A stretch of DNA of 64,000 nucleotides, taken from contig JADJLR010000008.1 of NCBI GenBank assembly GCA_016710015.1, positions 6,891 through 70,890 of the forward strand, given 5' to 3'. Shown here piece after piece: positions 18,747 to 27,327 of this stretch. This DNA comes from Flavobacteriales bacterium (GTDB lineage: Bacteria; Bacteroidota; Bacteroidia; Flavobacteriales_F; PHOS-HE28). The notes beneath the pieces were generated by a model. It was given only the letters and a program-made list of their open reading frames with translations. It was not told where the DNA came from and searched no databases. The position numbers and the translations under genes were made by a program. The stretch's first letter is position 1. Each line of letters begins with the position of its first letter.

Positions 18747-20279
18747 ATGGAGGGGCCCTACGCACGTTCGTTGCACCGAGCGATCCTAGCCATCTTGACC
18801 CTGAATGCGCTCTGGGTATTGACCGTTCCAAGCTTCCCGACGCTTGACGGTTGGAGCCACTTACACACGGCGCGGATGCTGCTGCACGGACCTCCAGAAG
18901 GGGTGTTCTGTTCGAATCCGGGGATCGTTCCCAACCGGATCGGGCACGGGATATTGGCAGCACTGCAGGTGATCCTCCCGGCCATGGCAGCGGAACGTGT
19001 ACTGCTCGCACTGATCATTTTCGGGATCGGTGCAGGTGCCTACCAGTTGGCTCGTGCATTCGGCGGTCGTTCACCGGTGATCTTACTGATCCTGCCCTTC
19101 ACAGTGAACTTCCTCTTGGTCCTAGGCTTCCACAACTTCTTGCTCGGACTGGCCTTCGCCATGTTCCTTTCCGCATGGTGGGTCGGTCTAACGCGGATCA
19201 CGTGGCCTGTGCTGATCGGCTATGCGGCAACCACCTTTTTGCTGTTCTATACGCACACCACGGCGCTGGTGCTGTTCTTCCTGATCACGGGTGCGCATGA
19301 ACTTGCTTGTCTCGCCGGACCCCACATGCGTACCGTCCTCCCCTTGGGGAATAAACGCTGGTCCGGCACGGTGTTGTTCGCTGCATTCAGCCTTCCCGCT
19401 GGGCTGCTCTTCCTGTACTTCAACGCCAGTCAAGCAACGGCTTGGGGAGCGGTGGACCCTGAAGTGAACCTCCGCGAGCTCTTCAACCTGCGCAGTATTC
19501 TGCTGTACAACCAAGAGGCCGAATCGAAATTCACGTACGCCGTGAAACTGATCCTGACGGGCACCTTCGTGCTGGGGATGATCCACCTGCTGAGCCGACC
19601 GGATCGCTTCCGACCCCACCATGCACATATACCGCTTTTGGTTGCCTTGGTGCTCTTCGCCTTGTACTTCATCCTCCCGGATTCCTCTGGCTATGCCAGC
19701 TACATCACCGTGCGTTTGCAGTTGATGGCCTTGATCATGGTGATCATTTGGCTCGCCACACGACCACTCCCCTTGTTGGCTGTGGGAGCTCCTGTCATCA
19801 TGATCCTCCTGCTCCAGTTCGCGCGCAACAACCACATCGAACAGGCCATGGCTCCGATCGCAGAGCAACGCGATCAGGTCCTGGATGCGGCGCGGCACCT
19901 TCCCCCGGGTAGTGTGGTGCTCCCGATCTCCTCAGAAGAGAATTGGTTGCTGGACCACGTGGCCTCCCTGTTGGCCGTTGAGAATGATGTGATCCTGCTG
20001 GACAATTACGAGGCCATGCAGAGCTACTTCCCCTTGGTGCTCTGCCCGGACGTGCCCGGTCCAATACGCGATCACATGGCTCGGCACGACCGCTGTTTGG
20101 CTTGGCTCAATGACCACCTGGATCAACGTGCCGCACCAGCGATCGACCACATCGTTCTATTGGGCTATTCGACGGACAGTACCAGTTGCACGGCGACAGC
20201 GTTGCGCGGCATCCTGCAAGAACGAGCGAAGCTGAGCTACACCAACGCCTACGCCAAGATCTACGCACTGCATCCCTAA
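18747..20279 (+). CDS. Polytopic membrane protein with soluble C-terminal domain (GT-C-like architecture), function unknown
   Basis: At least 10 hydrophobic segments over about 370 aa, then a roughly 130-aa hydrophilic tail. Starts 3 nt after the gldA stop. Confidence 0.6.
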   Translation: MEGPYARSLHRAILAILTLNALWVLTVPSFPTLDGWSHLHTARMLLHGPPEGVFCSNPGIVPNRIGHGILAALQVILPAMAAERVLLALIIFGIGAGAYQLARAFGGRSPVILLILPFTVNFLLVLGFHNFLLGLAFAMFLSAWWVGLTRITWPVLIGYAATTFLLFYTHTTALVLFFLITGAHELACLAGPHMRTVLPLGNKRWSGTVLFAAFSLPAGLLFLYFNASQATAWGAVDPEVNLRELFNLRSILLYNQEAESKFTYAVKLILTGTFVLGMIHLLSRPDRFRPHHAHIPLLVALVLFALYFILPDSSGYASYITVRLQLMALIMVIIWLATRPLPLLAVGAPVIMILLLQFARNNHIEQAMAPIAEQRDQVLDAARHLPPGSVVLPISSEENWLLDHVASLLAVENDVILLDNYEAMQSYFPLVLCPDVPGPIRDHMARHDRCLAWLNDHLDQRAAPAIDHIVLLGYSTDSTSCTATALRGILQERAKLSYTNAYAKIYALHP

Positions 20280-20395
20280 GCCACCTGCTCAAGAATGTGG
20301 CTTTCGAAACCATCACGTTCCCGTTGAGATCCATCAGAGAGAGATCTTGCCGATCCGAACGGAACTGCTTCCTTTGCAGCCCTTAGCACGAACAC

Positions 20396-21691
20396 ATGCC
20401 CTACCTCTTCACCTCCGAATCCGTTAGCGAAGGCCACCCGGACAAGGTCGCTGACCAGATCAGCGATGCCCTGATCGACCATTTCCTCGCCTTCGACCCC
20501 AGCAGCAAAGTGGCCTGCGAAACCCTCGTGACCACCGGGCAGGTGTTCCTGGCCGGCGAAGTGAAAAGCAAGGCCTACTTGGATGTCCAACAGATCGCAC
20601 GCGAAGTGATCGAGCGCATCGGTTACACCAAGAGCGAGTACATGTTCGAAGCACATAGCTGCGGCGTACTCAGCGCGATCCATGAACAAAGCCCCGACAT
20701 CAACCAAGGGGTGGAACGCAAGAAGCCGGAAGAGCAAGGTGCTGGCGACCAAGGCATGATGTTCGGGTATGCGACGAACGAGACGGACAACTACATGCCG
20801 CTCGCATTGGACCTGAGCCACATGCTGCTGCGCGAGCTCGCCGTGATCCGTCGCGAGCCGAATACGAAAATGCCCTACCTGCGCCCCGATGCCAAGAGCC
20901 AGGTGACGATCGAATACAACGACGACAATACCCCGAAGCGGATCGATGCCATCGTAGTGAGTACACAGCACGATGATTTCGTAAAGCCCTATGACGGCAG
21001 CAAAGGCGCCAAGCAAAAGGCGGATGACCTGATGTTGGCCCGGATCAAGAAGGACGTGATCAATATACTGATCCCCCGTGTGACCAAGAAATTGCCCAAG
21101 CGACTGCAAAAACTATTCGGCCGTGGCATCAAGTACCACATCAACCCCACCGGCACTTTCGTGATCGGCGGCCCGCACGGAGATACCGGACTCACCGGGC
21201 GCAAGATCATCGTGGATACGTACGGTGGAAAAGGGGCACACGGCGGTGGTGCATTCAGCGGAAAGGACCCCAGCAAAGTGGATCGTAGTGCCGCATACGC
21301 CGCTCGGCACGTGGCCAAACACTTGGTGGCCGCTGGTGTTTGCGACGAGGTCCTGGTGCAAGTGGCCTACGCGATCGGTGTGGCCCAGCCCGTAGGGTTC
21401 TACGTGAACACCCACGGCACCAGCAAGGTGAAGATGAGCGATGGCAAGATCGCGGAAGTGATCAGCAGATTACCCGAGTTCGATATGCGACCGTACTTCA
21501 TCGAGAAACGATTCGCCCTGCGTACCCCGATCTATAGCGAGACCGCGAGCTACGGCCACATGGGTCGTAAGTGCGTGACCGTGACCAAGAAATTCGCGAA
21601 TGCAGGTCAGAAGGCCAGCATCAAGGTGAAGCTTTTCCCTTGGGAGGAACTGAATGCGATCGGTGTCGTGAAGAAGGCCTTCAAGCTGTAA
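20396..21691 (+). CDS. metK: S-adenosylmethionine synthetase
   Basis: [44 protein letters not shown] motifs. Confidence 0.95.
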   Translation: MPYLFTSESVSEGHPDKVADQISDALIDHFLAFDPSSKVACETLVTTGQVFLAGEVKSKAYLDVQQIAREVIERIGYTKSEYMFEAHSCGVLSAIHEQSPDINQGVERKKPEEQGAGDQGMMFGYATNETDNYMPLALDLSHMLLRELAVIRREPNTKMPYLRPDAKSQVTIEYNDDNTPKRIDAIVVSTQHDDFVKPYDGSKGAKQKADDLMLARIKKDVINILIPRVTKKLPKRLQKLFGRGIKYHINPTGTFVIGGPHGDTGLTGRKIIVDTYGGKGAHGGGAFSGKDPSKVDRSAAYAARHVAKHLVAAGVCDEVLVQVAYAIGVAQPVGFYVNTHGTSKVKMSDGKIAEVISRLPEFDMRPYFIEKRFALRTPIYSETASYGHMGRKCVTVTKKFANAGQKASIKVKLFPWEELNAIGVVKKAFKL

Positions 21692-21695
21692 GGAT

Positions 21696-21756
21696 AGTGG
21701 CGAGTGACGAGTTTTGAGTGACGAGTACCACACCGCACTACTCGTCACTCGCCACT
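21696..21756. repeat. Perfect 17-bp inverted repeat (AGTGGCGAGTGACGAGT / ACTCGTCACTCGCCACT), 27-nt loop
   Basis: Read directly: 21696-21712 is the reverse complement of 21740-21756. The loop carries a second GAGTGACGAGT copy (21716-21726). It starts 5 nt after the metK stop, so it may act as a terminator or RNA-processing hairpin. Confidence 0.6.
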
Positions 21757-21821
21757 TAAAACTCGCCTCTCCGTTCTTGTGGTTCCAGCTCTTACCTTGG
21801 TGTTATGACCGCATCAAGAAA

Positions 21822-22241
21822 ATGAGCATGAAGAACTTCGAGGATCCCTTAGCGTGGCAGCGCGGCATGGACCTGAACGTGGCCGTGGACATCGCGCTAT
21901 CGGGTAGCCGGAATTTTGGATTCAAGGACCAGCTATTCAGAGCCGCTTTGTCCATTTGCAACAACATTGCAGAGGGCTATGAAATGCCAACTACGGCCAA
22001 TCAGATCAAGTACCTCTGGATCGCGAAAGGCTCATGCAACGAGGTGCATTCCATGCTCATACTGGCCAAGCGCCGCGGTTACTTCAGCGAAGCGGCCGTA
22101 GATGAAATGATCGCCCTTCAAGACCAGATCGGCAAACTGCTCCGGACGTCCATCAAGCAGAAAGCAGGCAAGTGGTCCAAACTTCCCGGCAGTCTACTCA
22201 TACTCAGCTTCTGGGTGAACCTGACCCTGCTCTACCCCTGA
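21822..22241 (+). CDS. Four-helix-bundle protein (TIGR02436 / 23S rRNA intervening-sequence protein family, Avd-like)
   Basis: FEDPLAWQRGMDL...FKDQLFRAALSICNNIAEGY...YLWIAKGSCNEVHSML pattern typical of the family. Start trimmed to MSMKNFED. Confidence 0.8.
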   Translation: MSMKNFEDPLAWQRGMDLNVAVDIALSGSRNFGFKDQLFRAALSICNNIAEGYEMPTTANQIKYLWIAKGSCNEVHSMLILAKRRGYFSEAAVDEMIALQDQIGKLLRTSIKQKAGKWSKLPGSLLILSFWVNLTLLYP

Positions 22242-22272
22242 GCCATAGATAGCGACCCACCCCAGTCTCCCT

Positions 22273-22317
22273 ACTCGCCACTCAACACTAGCCTCTCCCT
22301 ACTCATCACTCGCCACT
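22273..22317 (+). repeat. Two direct copies of ACTCGCCACT (right-arm motif of the upstream inverted repeat)
   Basis: ACTCGCCACT occurs at 22273-22282 and 22308-22317. The second is embedded in ACTCATCACTCGCCACT, a 16/17 match to 21740-21756. Together they bracket the four-helix-bundle gene. Confidence 0.5.
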
Positions 22318-22383
22318 CCCTCCCCCACAACCCCAGCCCATTCCCCTTTTCACACCATCTCTTGTCAGTTCCGGACGATCCGC

Positions 22384-22391
22384 TACATTTG
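22384..22391 (+). promoter_or_regulatory. -7 promoter box TACATTTG (rplU-rpmA)
   Basis: Exact TAnnTTTG followed by GCAGCC, 23 nt before ATG 22415. Confidence 0.45.
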
Positions 22392-22414
22392 CAGCCCATT
22401 TCCCAGGACAGACC

Positions 22415-22918
22415 ATGTACGCCATCGTTGACATCGCAGGCCAGCAGTTCAAAGTGACCAAGGCCCAGAAGCTGAAAGTACACCGCCTCGAAGCCGAGGA
22501 GGGCAAGCACGTGGAGTTGGACAATGTCCTGCTCGTGAGTGATGGCAAGACCGTGACCGTTGGAACCCCGAAGGTGGATGGCTTCCGCATCGCGGCCAAG
22601 GTCCTGAACCATGGCAAGGGAGACAAGGTGCTCGTCTTCAAGAAGAAGCGCCGTAAGGGCTACCAGAAGTTGAATGGCCACCGCCAATATCTTACCGAGT
22701 TGTGGATCGAAGCGATCTTGGGCAAGGGTGAGAAATTCGACGCCAGCAAGAGCACCGCTCCTGCACCAAAGGCCGTGAAGATCGTTGAGCCCAAGGCCAA
22801 GAAGACCGCCACCACAAAAGCTGCCCCTAAAAAGGTCGCAGCTAAGAAAGCGGCCCCTACCAAGAAAGCAGCTCCGAAGAAAGCAGCCAAGAAGGCCGCT
22901 CCTAAAAAAGACAAGTAA
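22415..22918 (+). CDS. rplU: 50S ribosomal protein L21 with a 64-aa Ala/Lys/Pro-rich C-terminal tail
   Basis: MYAIVDIAGQQFKV...KKKRRKGYQKLNGHRQYLTEL core (about 103 aa), then KSTAPAPKAVKIVEPKAKKTATTKAAPKKVAAKKAAPTKKAAPKKAAKKAAPKKDK. Confidence 0.9.
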   Translation: MYAIVDIAGQQFKVTKAQKLKVHRLEAEEGKHVELDNVLLVSDGKTVTVGTPKVDGFRIAAKVLNHGKGDKVLVFKKKRRKGYQKLNGHRQYLTELWIEAILGKGEKFDASKSTAPAPKAVKIVEPKAKKTATTKAAPKKVAAKKAAPTKKAAPKKAAKKAAPKKDK

Positions 22919-22969
22919 AAGAAGCATTCACGTGATCCCGGGGTAAGCCCGGAGTGACACCAACAAGCC

Positions 22970-23539
22970 ATGGCACACAAGAAAGGAGCGGGTAGTACCG
23001 ACAACGGCCGCGAGTCGCACAGCAAACGACTCGGCATCAAATTGTTCGGTGGTCAGGCCGCGATCGCTGGCAACATCATCGTTCGTCAGCGTGGAACCAA
23101 GCACCACCCCGGTAAGAACGTGGGCATCGGTGTGGACCACACCTTGTTCGCTACTGCGGACGGAGTAGTGACCTACCGTCGTAAACGCGGAGACCGCAGC
23201 GTGGTGAGCGTTTTGCCGATGACCGGACAGGAGAACGGCACCGCTACCGCTGTTAAAGTGGTCGCCAAAGCAGCTCCCGCCAAGGCGAAAGGCGACGACC
23301 TCCGAAAAGTGGAAGGTGTCGGACCCAAGATCGCTGAGTTGTTCAACGCAGCAGGCATCCACACCTTCGCTGACCTCGCCAAGGCTTCCGTGGATCAACT
23401 GAAGGACATCCTCACCGAAGCAGGCTCCGCATTCGCCAGCCACGACCCGGGCACATGGCCCAAGCAAGCCGAACTCGCTGCCGCTGGGAAGTGGGACGAA
23501 CTGAAGGCTTGGCAGGATGAATTGAACGGCGGTAAGTAA
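22970..23539 (+). CDS. rpmA: 50S ribosomal protein L27 fused to a C-terminal helix-hairpin-helix-like domain
   Basis: [24 protein letters not shown]...[10 protein letters not shown]...DHTLFA core (about 84 aa), then an Ala/Lys linker, then [29 protein letters not shown]...[26 protein letters not shown] in the same frame. Confidence 0.9.
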   Translation: MAHKKGAGSTDNGRESHSKRLGIKLFGGQAAIAGNIIVRQRGTKHHPGKNVGIGVDHTLFATADGVVTYRRKRGDRSVVSVLPMTGQENGTATAVKVVAKAAPAKAKGDDLRKVEGVGPKIAELFNAAGIHTFADLAKASVDQLKDILTEAGSAFASHDPGTWPKQAELAAAGKWDELKAWQDELNGGK

Positions 23540-23558
23540 GCGCCAACACGCATTCCAA

Positions 23559-23591
23559 AGCCCCTTCGCCAACACGGTGAGGGGGCTTTTT
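23559..23591 (+). terminator. Intrinsic terminator after rpmA
   Basis: 12-bp stem (AGCCCCTTCGCC / GGTGAGGGGGCT, two G-U pairs) with a 5-nt loop, followed by TTTTT. It lies 20 nt after the rpmA stop. Confidence 0.7.
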
Positions 23592-23619
23592 CGTACTTAG
23601 ATGCCCGTTCCAACGGCCC

Positions 23620-23627
23620 TACCTTTG
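23620..23627 (+). promoter_or_regulatory. -7 promoter box TACCTTTG (serS)
   Basis: Exact TAnnTTTG, 24 nt before ATG 23652. Confidence 0.45.
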
Positions 23628-23651
23628 CACACCAACGAAATCCCGTCGTCC

Positions 23652-24926
23652 ATGCTGGAGTCGATCTACCTGAGAGAGCACCGTGAAGAGGCCGAACAGC
23701 GCTTGACCAAACGCAACATCGATGCGAAAGCCTTGTTGGATACTGCGCGCGATCTGGACGACGTACGCCGGAACACCCAACAAGACCTGGATGCCCGGTT
23801 GGCCGAACTCAATTTGTTGAGCCGCACCATCGGCGACCTGATGAAAAGTGGCAAGAAGGACGAGGCCGAAAGCGCCCGTGCCACGACCATTGAACTGAAG
23901 GGGCGGACCGCCACCCTGAAGGATCAGTTGGACGCTGCCGAGAAGGCGCTACAGGACCACCTCTGCACCATTCCGAATGCGCCCCATTCCAAAGTACCCG
24001 CAGGGCGCACGCCGGAGGAGAATGTGACCGTGATGCAGGAAGGCGCGATACCCGAACTCGGCCCGGATGCCAAACCGCATTGGGAACTTGGCGAGGACTA
24101 TGGCATCCTGCACATGGACCTCGGTGTAAAGGTGACCGGCGCGGGCTTTCCGGTCTATAGCGGACAAGGGGCGAAGCTGCAACGCGCCCTGATCGCGTTC
24201 TTCCTGGACAAGGCGATCGAAGCGGGCTACCGGGAGTACATCCCACCGCACATGGTGAACGCGGAAAGTGCCTTCGCCACGGGGCAGCTACCGGATAAGG
24301 AAGGCCAGATGTACCACGCTACCGTGGATGGGCTCTACTTGATCCCGACAGCGGAGGTGCCCATCACCAACCTCTACCGTAACGACCTATTGGAAGCATC
24401 CGCGTTGCCGATCAAGATGGTGGGCTACACACCGTGCTTCCGCCGTGAAGCCGGCAGCTATGGAGCGCATGTACGCGGCTTGAATCGGGTCCACCAATTC
24501 GACAAAGTGGAGATCGTCCGCATCGAAAAGCCGGAGAACAGCTATGCCGTCCTGGAAGAAATGGTGGAGCACGTGAAAGGCCTGTTGCGCACATTGGAAC
24601 TGCCCTTCCGGCAGTTGTTGCTCTGCGGCGGCGACATGGGATTCAGCAGCGCCATGACCTACGACATGGAAGTTTGGTCCGCAGCACAACAACGCTGGTT
24701 GGAGGTGAGTTCCATCAGCAACTTCGAAACCTTCCAGAGCAACCGTTTGAAGCTGCGTGTGAAAGGTGACGACAAGAAGAATCGTTTGGCGCATACGCTC
24801 AATGGATCCGCATTGGCCTTGGCCCGGATCGTGGCGGCTTTGATGGAGAACAACCAGACCCCGGAAGGCATCCGCATTCCCAAAGCCCTGCAACCCTACA
24901 CGGGGTTCGCCATGATCCAGAAATGA
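23652..24926 (+). CDS. serS: Seryl-tRNA synthetase
   Basis: N-terminal coiled-coil arm, class II motifs (FRREAGS, GSALA..R), about 424 aa. Start trimmed to MLESIYLRE. Confidence 0.95.
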   Translation: MLESIYLREHREEAEQRLTKRNIDAKALLDTARDLDDVRRNTQQDLDARLAELNLLSRTIGDLMKSGKKDEAESARATTIELKGRTATLKDQLDAAEKALQDHLCTIPNAPHSKVPAGRTPEENVTVMQEGAIPELGPDAKPHWELGEDYGILHMDLGVKVTGAGFPVYSGQGAKLQRALIAFFLDKAIEAGYREYIPPHMVNAESAFATGQLPDKEGQMYHATVDGLYLIPTAEVPITNLYRNDLLEASALPIKMVGYTPCFRREAGSYGAHVRGLNRVHQFDKVEIVRIEKPENSYAVLEEMVEHVKGLLRTLELPFRQLLLCGGDMGFSSAMTYDMEVWSAAQQRWLEVSSISNFETFQSNRLKLRVKGDDKKNRLAHTLNGSALALARIVAALMENNQTPEGIRIPKALQPYTGFAMIQK

Positions 24927-25474
24927 ACCGTGGCATACGCTTGGCACTGCTGGGAGCGTTGGTGGTAGGCACCTCCTGCCGACGACCACCGGACCCACGT
25001 CAATTGGCCGAGTTGGACCACACCATCACCGTTGTGCAAGCCGCATCCCTCACCCTCAACGAACTCGGCCCCGACCAGTTCCTCGCGGCGGACTCCATAC
25101 TCACCGCCACACGCCCCTTGTTCCTGCAACGTTTCAAGGACACCTTGGATAGGCCCACTGCGGAATTGTTGGGGGACCAATTCCTGAGTTTACGGCAAGC
25201 TTCGGAATTCCGCACAGAACAGGACCGCATCCGGAACGAAGTGGAACGGACCATGATCCGCCTGCAAGCTTTGCGCACTGATCTGGTGAAGGGAGCGATG
25301 CGAAAAGAGGACGGCCGTGCAGCTATCGACAACGAAGAACGCGCATTCGGTATCTTGAACACCCAAGTCGAACAGATGCTGGAGCACCACAAGGCCATCC
25401 GGCGTGTACTGCAACGGCAGGCCGAAGTGGACAGCCTGTTGGCTGCACCCGAACCGATCCACACCCGCCGATGA
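24923..25474 (+). CDS. Hypothetical lipoprotein (helical)
   Basis: Signal peptide and lipobox LVVGTSC. The ATG overlaps the serS stop (ATGA). Confidence 0.6.
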   Translation: MNRGIRLALLGALVVGTSCRRPPDPRQLAELDHTITVVQAASLTLNELGPDQFLAADSILTATRPLFLQRFKDTLDRPTAELLGDQFLSLRQASEFRTEQDRIRNEVERTMIRLQALRTDLVKGAMRKEDGRAAIDNEERAFGILNTQVEQMLEHHKAIRRVLQRQAEVDSLLAAPEPIHTRR

Positions 25475-27327
25475 CCCGACTCCTCTTCGCCCTCCTTCTC
25501 GCCTTGATGTCCGTGCCGATCGCATGCGCACAACCGGGTGCAGACGAGCAACTCGCCGCCCAGTATTTCCAGCAGGGCGACTTCGAGAAGGCAGCGATGT
25601 ACTATGAACGTCTCCACCGTAAGCAGCCCAATGATTTCTACTACGAGCAGTTGTTGAAGAGTTATACGTCGATGACCGAGTACGGGCTGGCTGAAAAGCT
25701 TGTTAAGGAGCAGATGCGTCGTGCGAATGGTGAGCCGCGTTACATCATCGACCTCGGCGGATTGTACAAGACCATGGACGAGCCGGACAAAGCGGCCAAG
25801 GAATACGACAAGGCGATCCGCCAGATGCGGGCGGACCAGGGCAGCATTCGGCAGGTGGCCAATGCCTTCATCCAGGCCAACGAGACCGACCGTGCCCTAG
25901 AAGCCTACGAACGAGGCTCCAAGATGCTTCCCCAAGGCTCCAGCTTCGCGTACGAGATCGCAGGATTGTACGGTACCAAAGGCGATACGCCCCGGATGGT
26001 GAGCGCGTACATGGACCTACTCGCGGTGAACGAGGGATACATCCAAGCGGTGCAGAATGCCCTGTCCCGTTACATCGACTTCAGCATCGCCGATGAACGA
26101 TCGGAGATCCTCCGTACCGAATTGTTGCGTCGCATCCAGAAGGACCCGCAGCGCAACATCTATCCGGACCTATTGATCTGGATGTACATCCAACAGAAGG
26201 ACATGACCTCCGCCTTCGTCCAGAGCAAGGCCTTGGACAAACGCTACGATGAAGGGGGTGTCCGACTGATGGAACTGGCCCACATCGCCTTGGCGAACAA
26301 GGACCATGGCACGGCCTATAAATGTTACGAATACGTGTTGAGCCTTGGGCGCAACGATGCCAACTACGTGCAAGCCCGCATCGGTTCGGTGCGTACACGG
26401 TACGAGCAACTCACCGACCTGCCGGAACCCGCATCGGCTGATCTGCAAGAGCTGGACCGTAAGGCTTCCGAAACACTCACCGAACTCGGACTTGCACAGC
26501 CTACCATGGACCTGCTTCGTGACCAAGCCCACCTGAATGCGTACTACTTGAACGACCATGCACGTGCTAAGGAGTTGTTGGAGAAGGCGATCGCCCTGCC
26601 CACCATCGACCCCAAGACCCGCGCGTTTTTGAAGCTGGACCTCGGAGACGTGAACCTCCTTGCCGGGGACATTTGGGATGCTTCGTTACTCTACTCGCAA
26701 GTAGACCTCGATTTCAAGTACGACGTGCTCGGCCACGAAGCCCGTTTGCGCAATGCGAAGGTGTCCTTCTACGCGGGTGATTTCCTTTGGGCACAAGGCC
26801 AACTCGAAGTGCTGAAGGCCAGCACCAGCAAGTTGATCGCGAACGACGCCATGGAACTTTCCCTGCGCATCACGGACAACCTCGGCTTGGATAGCAACAG
26901 TGTTCCCCTGAGCTATTTCGCACGGGCGGAATTGTTACGCTATCAGCACCGCTATGATGAAGCGTTGATCGTGCTTGATTCCTTGGACGATGCCTATCCT
27001 GGGCACAGCTTGGGTGATGACATCCTCTACGAACGGTTCCGGATCGCTTATGCGCGACATCGATATGCCGATGCAGCAGTTCACTTGGATAAGGTGTTGG
27101 AAGTGTATCCCTTGGACATTCTGGTGGACAATGCCTTGCTCGATCTCGGAAAGCTGTATGAAGACCGATTGAACGATCCCGAGAAAGCCAAAACCTATTA
27201 CGAGCGACTCCTCTTCGAACAGACCGGCAGCATCTTCGTTCCTGAAGCGCGCACCAGATTCCGGAGGCTGCGTGGCGATGCGCTGGAAGCACCTCCCGAA
27301 CCGACCGCTCCTGTACCACAGCCATGA
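25471..27327 (+). CDS. Secreted tetratricopeptide-repeat protein
   Basis: Signal peptide MTRLLFALLLALMSVPIACAQ. Repeated A..YF..G.F..A...Y TPR-like units throughout. ATGA overlap with the upstream gene. Confidence 0.75.
   Translation: MTRLLFALLLALMSVPIACAQPGADEQLAAQYFQQGDFEKAAMYYERLHRKQPNDFYYEQLLKSYTSMTEYGLAEKLVKEQMRRANGEPRYIIDLGGLYKTMDEPDKAAKEYDKAIRQMRADQGSIRQVANAFIQANETDRALEAYERGSKMLPQGSSFAYEIAGLYGTKGDTPRMVSAYMDLLAVNEGYIQAVQNALSRYIDFSIADERSEILRTELLRRIQKDPQRNIYPDLLIWMYIQQKDMTSAFVQSKALDKRYDEGGVRLMELAHIALANKDHGTAYKCYEYVLSLGRNDANYVQARIGSVRTRYEQLTDLPEPASADLQELDRKASETLTELGLAQPTMDLLRDQAHLNAYYLNDHARAKELLEKAIALPTIDPKTRAFLKLDLGDVNLLAGDIWDASLLYSQVDLDFKYDVLGHEARLRNAKVSFYAGDFLWAQGQLEVLKASTSKLIANDAMELSLRITDNLGLDSNSVPLSYFARAELLRYQHRYDEALIVLDSLDDAYPGHSLGDDILYERFRIAYARHRYADAAVHLDKVLEVYPLDILVDNALLDLGKLYEDRLNDPEKAKTYYERLLFEQTGSIFVPEARTRFRRLRGDALEAPPEPTAPVPQP

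Noticed and set aside
17463-18776. 437-aa ORF antisense to rsgA/gldA, along with similar long antisense ORFs at 20276-21109, 39826-40926, 45234-46697, 57953-59110 and 59111-60463
   Set aside because: Each lies exactly opposite a gene with unmistakable conserved motifs (GldA, MetK, Mfd, AcrB, PurH, MreB). Their translations are low-complexity and rich in H, D, R, G and V, typical of stop-poor antisense frames in GC-rich DNA. None has a recognisable motif.
20280-20395. Possible SAM riboswitch in front of metK
   Set aside because: The spacer contains a hairpin (CCGTT-GAGATC...GATCTT...AACGG), but I could not find the SAM-I core elements (GAGGGA, GCAACC, GGUGCUAA-like) or a convincing SAM-II pseudoknot pattern. 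A -7-like box at 20369-20376 would leave only a leader of about 13-20 nt. A covariance-model scan (Rfam SAM-I, SAM-II, SAM-I/IV) would settle it.
21692-22414. Diversity-generating retroelement around the Avd-like four-helix-bundle gene
   Set aside because: No reverse transcriptase ORF and no template/variable repeat pair exists in the window. The flanking repeats are short motif copies, not adenine-mutated TR/VR pairs.
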